Origin: an uncultured virus (IMG/VR IMGVR_UViG_3300025789_000022)
Taxonomy: Duplodnaviria; Heunggongvirae; Uroviricota; Caudoviricetes
DNA length: 64,000 nucleotides
IMG/VR virus record: IMGVR_UViG_3300025789_000022
Reading direction: 5' to 3' (one strand)
The number at the start of each line of letters is the position of its first letter. Positions within the stretch are counted from its first letter, which is position 1. A program made the translations under genes and the position numbers. This document shows, in pieces, positions 56,609-64,000 of this stretch. The notes below the pieces were generated by a model. That model searched no databases. It saw nothing but the letters and a program-made list of their open reading frames with translations, and was not told the origin of the DNA.

Positions 56609-59600
56609 ATGGCAACATTAGTTTCACCAGGCGTATCAGTTTCAGTCATTGATGAGAGCAACTATGCTCCAAACGGACCAGGAACCGTACCGTTTATCGT
56701 TATCGCAACAGCAAAAAATAAAACAAGCACTGCTGGCGGCACTGCAAATTATACAACAAGTGCAAGTGCAAATACACTTCAACTTGTAGCAAGTCAAAAA
56801 GATTTGCTTACAAATTACGGACTTCCAATTTTCCCAAGTGATGCAAGTGGCAATCGTATCTTCGGCAGCGAACTTGCAGAATATGGTCTTATGGCTGCAC
56901 ATAGTGTATTAGGTATTACTAATCAGGCATATATTCTACGTGCCGATGTTGATCTTGCCGCACTTACTGGTAGCAGCAGTCGTCCTTACGGTAATGTTGC
57001 AGATGGTACTCAGTGGTGGAATACTGCTACTAGCAAGTATGGTATCTTTGTTTGGGATGCGGTTAATAACGTATTCAACGTTCAAACACCTATTGTTATC
57101 ACAAGCACTGCACAGTTAACTAGTGGTGTTCCTCTTAGCAGTATTGGAACTGTTGGTAGTTTTGCAGTTGTTGCAACTGATGTTAAGAACCCAATTTACC
57201 AAAAGGCATATGATAATAGTTGGAATTGGTTGGGAACTACTGCATGGCAGGCGAAAACACCTACTATTGTTGGTACTCTACAACCTAGTTCAATCACAAG
57301 CGGAAATGCAATCACTATTAACGGCACAACTATTACATTTAGTAGCACAACACTATCAAGTCTTGTTACACAAATCAATAGTGCATCTATCACTGGTGTG
57401 ACTGCAGCAAGTGTAAATGGTTACCTAAACATTTTCGTAACAAGCGCAGCAAAGAGCAACGGTACTGTAACAGATGGTAAGATTGCAATTGCAAACGCTA
57501 GCGGTACTCCACTGGCAACTCTTGGTATCAGTGGTGGAACATATGCTGGTGTAGCATTTGTATTTGCCCCACACTATCAGGTACCTGCATGGAGAAGCAC
57601 GGATACTACTCCAGAACCAACTGGTAGTGTTTGGATTAAAACAACTGCAGTTAACAGCGGCGCAAACATGTATGTTTATCGTTGGAATGGTGCAAGTCTT
57701 CAATATAATTTAATTCCTGCACCGTTATTCAAGCGTCGTCGTGATGCAATTTACAACTATGATCCAACTCTTGGTGGTATTGGAATTGCTACCGATACGT
57801 TATTTGTAAAGTATGATATTATTGGTGATGGCAGTGCTTCTATGAAATTACTACAATGGATGGGTTATGGTGGTCCACTAGTGGTAACTGGTACTGTTGC
57901 TAATCCAACATTTACCGCATCTAATGCATTTACTATCCAAACTACTGTTCCTGGCAGTAGCGCATTTAGCAGCACATATACTATCACACTTAGTGGTACA
58001 AGCGCAGCAAGTTTTGTAAGTGATGTTCTTGCAGCAAATATTCCTTATCTTACATGCGCATTAACAAGCACTGGAAATATTCAGTTCACTAACACAAACG
58101 CTGGTGACATTGTATTCACTAATACAAGCGGCACACCGCTAACTGCTGCTGGTATTACTACTGCTACACCTAACATTTATGATGATGCTGGTACTGGTGT
58201 ATTGACTGGAACTTATTGGCAGCCAGCGGAGTTGCTATATCAACAAAGCATTGCTCCAGTAACTGCTCCTCCTGATGGAACACTATGGTATTATGAAACT
58301 CCACTTGAAGTAGATATCATGATTAATAATGGTACTATTTGGAAAGGTTATCACAATGTAACTAGTGATGCTCGTGGTTATAACCTAAGTAACACTGATC
58401 CTCTTGGCCCGTTCATTAGTAGTAGTGCACCAACTAAGCAAACAGATGGTACTGCGCTAGTATATGGTGATATCTGGGTTTCAACTGCAAACCTAGAACA
58501 ATATCCACAGATTTATCGTTGGCAACGTGTTGGTGGTGTTGATCAGTGGTTGCAACTTGATACCACTGATACTACTACACAAAATGGTATTCTGTTTGCA
58601 GATGCTCGTTGGGATACTGCTGGTACAGCAGACCCTGCACTTGATGCAAAGCCAACTATTGTAAGTTTGTTAAGCAGCGATTATGTTGATTTGGATGTTC
58701 CTAATCCTCAAGTATATCCACGTGGTATGTTGCTGTTTAACACTCGTCGTAGCAGCTATAATGTTAAGAAGTATGTTGCAAGCAAGTTTAACAGCACAAA
58801 CTACCCACTTTCAAGTCTTCCAAACATTCCTGCTACTTGGGTAAGTGCAAGCGGTAAGAACCAAAATAACGTTCCTTACTTTGGACGTAAAGCACAGCGT
58901 AGCGTAGTTGTAAGTGCACTTCAAGAAGCAGTTGATAATAGCACTACTGCTCGTGAAGATCAACGTAACTTTAACCTACTTGTTTGCCCTGGTTATCCAG
59001 AAGTTACAAGTAATCTAGTTACACTTAACAATGATCGTCGCCAAACTGGATTTATCCTAGCCGATACTCCAATGGGACTTGCAAGTGATCTAACTACTGT
59101 TGGCAACTATATTACAAATGCTAGCGCAGTATCACAAACTGGTGAAGATGGTCTAGCAACTACAGATAGTTTCACTGCTGTGTTCTATCCGGGTGCTGCT
59201 TATACCAATGCACTAGATGGTATTGGTCAGGTTGTTGTTCCAATTACTCACAGCATCCTACGCATGGTTGTAAACAGTGATCAGAACAGTCATCCATGGT
59301 TTGCACCAGCAGGCAGCATCCGTGGTAAGATTGATAATGCAATCAAGATCGGTTATGTTGACCGCACTACTGGTAAGTTTGTAAGCATTGGTACTAACCA
59401 AGGACTACGTGACTTGCTGTATGCTAATAATGTTAACCCTGTTGCTGTATTCCCAACTGATGGTATTGTAAACTATGGTAACCATACTCGTCAGGCAAAT
59501 GCAACTGCTCTAGACCGTATCAACGTAGCACGTTTGATTAACTATCTACGTTATAACCTAGAGCGTCTTGCAAAGCCACTTATTTTTGAACCAAACGATA

Positions 59601-59881
59601 CAATTACTCGCAATGAAGCAAAGCAAGCCGTTGAAGGTTTGTTAAACGATGTGAAGGCACAGCGTGGTGTTTATGATTATCTAGTCGTGTGTGATACTAC
59701 AAACAATACACCAACTACTATTGACCGCAATGAACTACATATTGATATCGCAATTGAACCTACCAAGGCAGTTGAGTTCATCTATATCCCAGTTCGTATC
59801 TTGAATACTGGTGCTATTGGTGGAACTAATGCAAACCAAGGTGGTTTAAGCAATATTACACCTAGTGTATCACTTACCTAA
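56609..59881 (+). CDS. Tail sheath protein (gp18-like)
   Basis: LVSPGVSVSVIDES, PWFAPAG..RG, RINVARL, FEPND, IEPTKAVEFIY. Confidence 0.95.
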   Translation: MATLVSPGVSVSVIDESNYAPNGPGTVPFIVIATAKNKTSTAGGTANYTTSASANTLQLVASQKDLLTNYGLPIFPSDASGNRIFGSELAEYGLMAAHSVLGITNQAYILRADVDLAALTGSSSRPYGNVADGTQWWNTATSKYGIFVWDAVNNVFNVQTPIVITSTAQLTSGVPLSSIGTVGSFAVVATDVKNPIYQKAYDNSWNWLGTTAWQAKTPTIVGTLQPSSITSGNAITINGTTITFSSTTLSSLVTQINSASITGVTAASVNGYLNIFVTSAAKSNGTVTDGKIAIANASGTPLATLGISGGTYAGVAFVFAPHYQVPAWRSTDTTPEPTGSVWIKTTAVNSGANMYVYRWNGASLQYNLIPAPLFKRRRDAIYNYDPTLGGIGIATDTLFVKYDIIGDGSASMKLLQWMGYGGPLVVTGTVANPTFTASNAFTIQTTVPGSSAFSSTYTITLSGTSAASFVSDVLAANIPYLTCALTSTGNIQFTNTNAGDIVFTNTSGTPLTAAGITTATPNIYDDAGTGVLTGTYWQPAELLYQQSIAPVTAPPDGTLWYYETPLEVDIMINNGTIWKGYHNVTSDARGYNLSNTDPLGPFISSSAPTKQTDGTALVYGDIWVSTANLEQYPQIYRWQRVGGVDQWLQLDTTDTTTQNGILFADARWDTAGTADPALDAKPTIVSLLSSDYVDLDVPNPQVYPRGMLLFNTRRSSYNVKKYVASKFNSTNYPLSSLPNIPATWVSASGKNQNNVPYFGRKAQRSVVVSALQEAVDNSTTAREDQRNFNLLVCPGYPEVTSNLVTLNNDRRQTGFILADTPMGLASDLTTVGNYITNASAVSQTGEDGLATTDSFTAVFYPGAAYTNALDGIGQVVVPITHSILRMVVNSDQNSHPWFAPAGSIRGKIDNAIKIGYVDRTTGKFVSIGTNQGLRDLLYANNVNPVAVFPTDGIVNYGNHTRQANATALDRINVARLINYLRYNLERLAKPLIFEPNDTITRNEAKQAVEGLLNDVKAQRGVYDYLVVCDTTNNTPTTIDRNELHIDIAIEPTKAVEFIYIPVRILNTGAIGGTNANQGGLSNITPSVSLT

Positions 59882-59904
59882 TAGATAACATTTATATAAG
59901 AATT

Positions 59905-59932
59905 AAAAAGCCGCTTTTATAGCGGCTTTTTT
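59905..59932 (+). terminator. Intrinsic terminator
   Basis: aaaaagccgct-ttat-agcggctttttt. Confidence 0.85.
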
Positions 59933-59992
59933 AATATGCGGACAAAATAAAAGATAGTGATTTGTTATAAATAATCTTATAGGAGATTTAAG

Positions 59993-60616
59993 ATGGCAGT
60001 TGCATCACTACTAAACATGACAGTGCCGGTGGCATCAGCAAGTGATCAAAGCGCAAATACACAGGGCGTATTGATGCCTTTGCTAAAGTATCGCTTTAGA
60101 GTGAGCTTTGAAAACTTTGGTATTACTAGCCCCCGTACAGAACTAACAAAACAAGTTATGAGTTTTACTCGTCCAAACCTACAGTTTGATAGCGTGGAAA
60201 TTCCAATTTATAACAGTCGTATGTACATTCAGGGCAAACCTACATGGCAGACTATTACTGTTGAGTTTCGTGATGATGCAAATGGCAGCGTTCGCCTACT
60301 TATTGGTGAACAAGTTCAAAAACAATTTGACTTTGCTGAACAAAGCAGTGCAGTAAGCGGCATTGATTACAAGTTCCTTACTCGTTTTGAAGCACTTGAT
60401 GGCGGCAATGGTACAGCCAATCCAACTACCCTTGAAGAGTGGGAAATCTACGGGTGCTTTATTCAAGAAGTTAACTATAACGGTTTTGATTACAACAGCA
60501 ATGATCCAGCAACTATTTCTATGACAATTCGTTATGATAATGCGTTGCAGATTCCAGGCACCAGCGGTGTTGGTAAAAAGGTTACTCGTACAAGTGGTCA
60601 CAGCGTAACTGGCTAA
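59993..60616 (+). CDS. Tail tube protein (gp19-like)
   Basis: Follows sheath; YRFRVSF, WQTITVEFRDD, WEIYGCF, ISMTIRYD. Confidence 0.88.
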   Translation: MAVASLLNMTVPVASASDQSANTQGVLMPLLKYRFRVSFENFGITSPRTELTKQVMSFTRPNLQFDSVEIPIYNSRMYIQGKPTWQTITVEFRDDANGSVRLLIGEQVQKQFDFAEQSSAVSGIDYKFLTRFEALDGGNGTANPTTLEEWEIYGCFIQEVNYNGFDYNSNDPATISMTIRYDNALQIPGTSGVGKKVTRTSGHSVTG

Positions 60617-60627
60617 AGGTTTGAGCC

Positions 60628-62115
60628 ATGAGCATATTGAATTCAATACTTAATAGTCTACAGAATAGTGGACAGGTACATGATTATGCTCATGCCTCAC
60701 AAATATTTCGCAGCAATAACTTTGCACTTGCACCAAAATTAAAATACCTATTTCAGGTTAATTTTATTTTGAGTGCAAATGCGCCTTCTCAAACAAGCAC
60801 TCGTCAAATAAGTTATCTGGTAAAAAGTGTTGATTTACCTCGATTTACATTTGATGTTAAGGATATGAATCAATATAATCGTCATACTTATATTCAAGAC
60901 CGTATTAAGTATGAACCAATAACTATTAAATTTCATGATGATAATCAGAATGAAATGCGTCAATTATGGCAAGACTATTATAATTATTATTATGCCGATG
61001 GTACCTATGATCTAAACACCTATAATAACGATGACCGTTACACTGACAGAAATTTCAGTGCATGGGGTTTAGATCATGGTAGCACCGCTCCATTTTTTAG
61101 TGCTATTGAAATTTATAGTTTAAATCGTGGAGATAGTAATAAAATAACTTTAATGAGTCCAGTTATCACTAGTTTTAGTCATGACACACATGACTATCAT
61201 GAAGATACAGGACTAATGGAAGCAACCATGCAGATACGCTATAATGGCGTAGTCTATGAAGATGGATATACAAGTGGTACACCTGGATTTGCAGAAAATG
61301 GATTTTATGATCCAAGTCAAAGTGGTCTAAGTGGTCAGTATCCAACAGGTAGTTATATTGATCCAAATACTGGTTATCTAGTACAACAACCAACCGCATT
61401 TACTAACAGATATCAAACAAATCAACCACAAGGTAGTTTTGGATTTGTAGACCAAGGTCAAAATCTTGATCAAACTGTTCAGGGTGGATTTTCACCACAA
61501 GAAATTGCAGCAATTCAACAAAATAATCAAAACATACAGTTTCCTAGTACAGTTCCATTACCACCAGTGTTTACACAAAATTTGCCTGATAGTACACCAC
61601 CTGGTGCTAGTGCAAGCAGTAATGGTGATAACAGCGTAACAAGTGATCAATTGGGTATAACGTATGCAGATGGCAGCACTGGGCAAATTTTATCACAGCG
61701 TGGTTATAATAATGCTCAAATTAATGCTGGATTAAACTTTGTTGGTGGATTATCAACCGATCAAATATCAGCAGCAGCCGTTGCAAATAACGTCGAGAGT
61801 AATAGCACTGCGCAGGTTCTTCTTGCCCAAGAATACATCGATAACCCAACTACAACTAGTTATGGCACTATAAATTATGGACAGGTATTGCCTGCACCTA
61901 CTTTTACGTTTAGCGATCCAGCAAACCCAATCGCACCTGTATACAACAGCCAAACATGGCAACAAACACTGCTTTCTGAAGGTGTTCCGCAAAGTCAGGT
62001 AACGTTGGCAGAGTCACATATAAACCAACTTAACTATCCACCAAATACTGACCTAACTGGTATTGCAAAAAGTTATATTACCTATAGCAACAATGTTAAT
62101 ACAAACGTTGCATAA
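60628..62115 (+). CDS. Tube-like baseplate/tail protein (gp54/gp19-like N-terminus)
   Basis: VKSVDLPRF, YEPITIKFHDD, second tube-fold paralog. Confidence 0.65.
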   Translation: MSILNSILNSLQNSGQVHDYAHASQIFRSNNFALAPKLKYLFQVNFILSANAPSQTSTRQISYLVKSVDLPRFTFDVKDMNQYNRHTYIQDRIKYEPITIKFHDDNQNEMRQLWQDYYNYYYADGTYDLNTYNNDDRYTDRNFSAWGLDHGSTAPFFSAIEIYSLNRGDSNKITLMSPVITSFSHDTHDYHEDTGLMEATMQIRYNGVVYEDGYTSGTPGFAENGFYDPSQSGLSGQYPTGSYIDPNTGYLVQQPTAFTNRYQTNQPQGSFGFVDQGQNLDQTVQGGFSPQEIAAIQQNNQNIQFPSTVPLPPVFTQNLPDSTPPGASASSNGDNSVTSDQLGITYADGSTGQILSQRGYNNAQINAGLNFVGGLSTDQISAAAVANNVESNSTAQVLLAQEYIDNPTTTSYGTINYGQVLPAPTFTFSDPANPIAPVYNSQTWQQTLLSEGVPQSQVTLAESHINQLNYPPNTDLTGIAKSYITYSNNVNTNVA

Positions 62116-62136
62116 ACGTAAAGTGTAAATAACTAT

Positions 62137-62496
62137 ATGACAAATACACCAACCACACAAAATGCATTTAGTAGTCAGGTATTCTTTAATGGATACTTTA
62201 CCCAACCTATACAGGTAAGTGCAGATGTATGGGGTCAAGTATATGGATACTTCTTTACACTAACAAGTGATGCAAATGCAGCAAATGCTCTTGCACAAAG
62301 TGTTATTGCCTTAACATACAATAATAATCTTAATCCGTTGACTGTGCTTGCTGACTTTCAAAAAAATGCAAACAGCAGTAATGTTAAAACACTTCTTATT
62401 AGTTTCTTTAATAGTGCAAAAGGACCAACTAGTAAATTAGGATACAAGTTAAACAACAATGTATCTACTAATGTTGCTAGAAATTTATTAGCATGA
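62137..62496 (+). CDS. Hypothetical protein
   Basis: TAAATA-N5-ATG. Confidence 0.7.
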   Translation: MTNTPTTQNAFSSQVFFNGYFTQPIQVSADVWGQVYGYFFTLTSDANAANALAQSVIALTYNNNLNPLTVLADFQKNANSSNVKTLLISFFNSAKGPTSKLGYKLNNNVSTNVARNLLA

Positions 62497-62939
62497 GTTT
62501 AAAATATAGCCAAGGTATTTTTACCCCTAAGAATCCAGAAAAATATGCTGGTCGTGGCAGTATTCGTTATCGTTCTAGTTGGGAACTTAAGTTTATGAAT
62601 TTCTTGGATGAGAATCCAAGCATTAAGAATTGGGCAAGTGAAAGCATAAGCATACCTTATAAAAATCCAATTGCAAATAAAACAAAAAGTTATGTGCCAG
62701 ATTTTTTTATAGTTTATGAAGATGTCAACAAGAAATTACATGCAGAGATAGTTGAAATTAAACCACACAAAGAAACTAGTTTTGAAGCAGCAGGCAAGAG
62801 TACTAGAAACCAAGTGCAGGCAGCAATCAATCAGGCCAAGTGGACAGCCGCTAAACAGTTCTGTGATCGTCAAGGTATGCAGTTTAGAATTATCACCGAA
62901 CACGATATGTTTGCTGGAACTACAAAGAAAAAACGATAA
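62493..62939 (+). CDS. Head completion nuclease (T4 gp4-like)
   Basis: PKNPEKY, YRSSWE, WASE, YVPDF, EIKP, KWTAA. Confidence 0.92.
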   Translation: MSLKYSQGIFTPKNPEKYAGRGSIRYRSSWELKFMNFLDENPSIKNWASESISIPYKNPIANKTKSYVPDFFIVYEDVNKKLHAEIVEIKPHKETSFEAAGKSTRNQVQAAINQAKWTAAKQFCDRQGMQFRIITEHDMFAGTTKKKR

Positions 62940-62947
62940 TTACTATT

Positions 62948-63373
62948 ATGAAACAGAAACTTGAAGAACTATTTGACCTAGCACCAGCACCAAGTAAAGA
63001 AATTACAGAGGCATTGGAAACGGCAAATCAAATTGAAAGTGCACTGCCACAAGTATCCGAGGATACTTTGGACAAAGAATTAGATGAAATTGCTGGACAA
63101 GCAATGGAAAGTTTTGAGAACTTACAAAGTCTTGGTATGAATGTTGAAGCCAGATTTTCAGCACCGATATTTGAAGCAGCAAGCAAGATGCTTGGACATG
63201 CAGTTACTGCAAAATTAGGCAAGGTTCAAAAGAAACTTAAGCAAACTGAAATCCTGCTCAAGATGCAGAAGATGCAGCATGATATGAATAAAGATAATGG
63301 TACGGAATCAGATACCATTGAAGCGGAAGTTTGGGATCGTAACGAACTTCTAAAAACTTTCAGAAAGCAATAA
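62948..63373 (+). CDS. Possible terminase small subunit
   Basis: Helical/coiled-coil protein ending DRNELLK; position after gp4. Confidence 0.5.
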   Translation: MKQKLEELFDLAPAPSKEITEALETANQIESALPQVSEDTLDKELDEIAGQAMESFENLQSLGMNVEARFSAPIFEAASKMLGHAVTAKLGKVQKKLKQTEILLKMQKMQHDMNKDNGTESDTIEAEVWDRNELLKTFRKQ

Positions 63374-63396
63374 ATACTTAATAATAAGGTTAAACC

Positions 63397-63963
63397 ATGA
63401 GAACCCTAAGACAGTATATTTCAGAGACAGAAAAAAAGTACGGGTTTCGTGCCAAGATTGCGCAGGAACTCACCAAAGAAGGATTAGAAAAACTTCAAAA
63501 GGTACTTGGACGTTGGAATCTTGAAGCTATCAGCGAGCCAAAGCACTTACCAGTGAGTGAAGATCATACAGGATTTTTACATCTTAAGGCTACTGATATC
63601 TATATGATTGATATGGTAATTCAATATCCAGCAACACCAGCAGAAATCCAAGCAGCAATCCATGAAGCAACACAGGTATCCTTAAGCAGAATTTTGGTTC
63701 TTACGCCAAATCAAGAAATTCTTGCTGCTCCAATGGTTCCAGAAGCAGAAGGTGAAGCAATCCTTGAGCGAGATTATCCAGAACAGAAGGCACCACAGTT
63801 GCTTGCTGACCTTGCCAATGCGCTAAAAACAAAAACAATTGACTATCCATTTGCTGTAAAGCCAACTAAGGGCAAAACCTCAAATGAACTTCCACAGGGA
63901 AACACAAGTCCAGTGGGAACAAAACGCAACACGCTGCCAGAGCGTGGCAGAACAGGACGATAA
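63397..63963 (+). CDS. Hypothetical protein
   Basis: TAAATA and AAGG SD upstream. Confidence 0.7.
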   Translation: MRTLRQYISETEKKYGFRAKIAQELTKEGLEKLQKVLGRWNLEAISEPKHLPVSEDHTGFLHLKATDIYMIDMVIQYPATPAEIQAAIHEATQVSLSRILVLTPNQEILAAPMVPEAEGEAILERDYPEQKAPQLLADLANALKTKTIDYPFAVKPTKGKTSNELPQGNTSPVGTKRNTLPERGRTGR

Positions 63964-64000
63964 CCCATGCAAATGATTGATGTAATAAAGAAATTACAAG

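Overview
Window from a large T4-like myovirus (AT-rich, standard genetic code). It holds: (i) a tail-fibre/adhesin block (1-18 kb), including an S74-chaperone fibre, a Hint-interrupted Gly-rich gp38-like adhesin and several mosaic Thr/Asn/Gly-rich fibres; (ii) inverted gp15/gp14-like genes and an auxiliary metabolic cluster (SSS symporter, APS-kinase-like, cytidyltransferase-like, sulfotransferase-like, methyltransferase); (iii) a minus-strand array of 22 tRNAs (17 amino acids) at 27.3-35.5 kb, interspersed with two homing endonucleases, AT-rich inserted genes and several tRNA-like or structured RNAs; (iv) small accessory genes (FliL-like, GH73, outer-membrane beta-barrel, GGCT, B12 radical SAM); and (v) gp13, dNMP kinase, sheath, tube, gp4 and a possible small terminase. 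The main find sits at the head of the tRNA array and is missed by the ORF track: a promoter, a 26-codon leader peptide sampling almost every amino acid served by the array, and mutually exclusive antiterminator/terminator hairpins. This looks like a general translation-sensing attenuator for phage tRNA supply. A tRNA-His lacking G-1 with G1:U72/A73 and a Rhizobiales-style outer-membrane protein point to an alphaproteobacterial host. Many late genes appear leaderless (TAAATA-N4/5-ATG). All calls were made by eye; no searches or folding programs were run.
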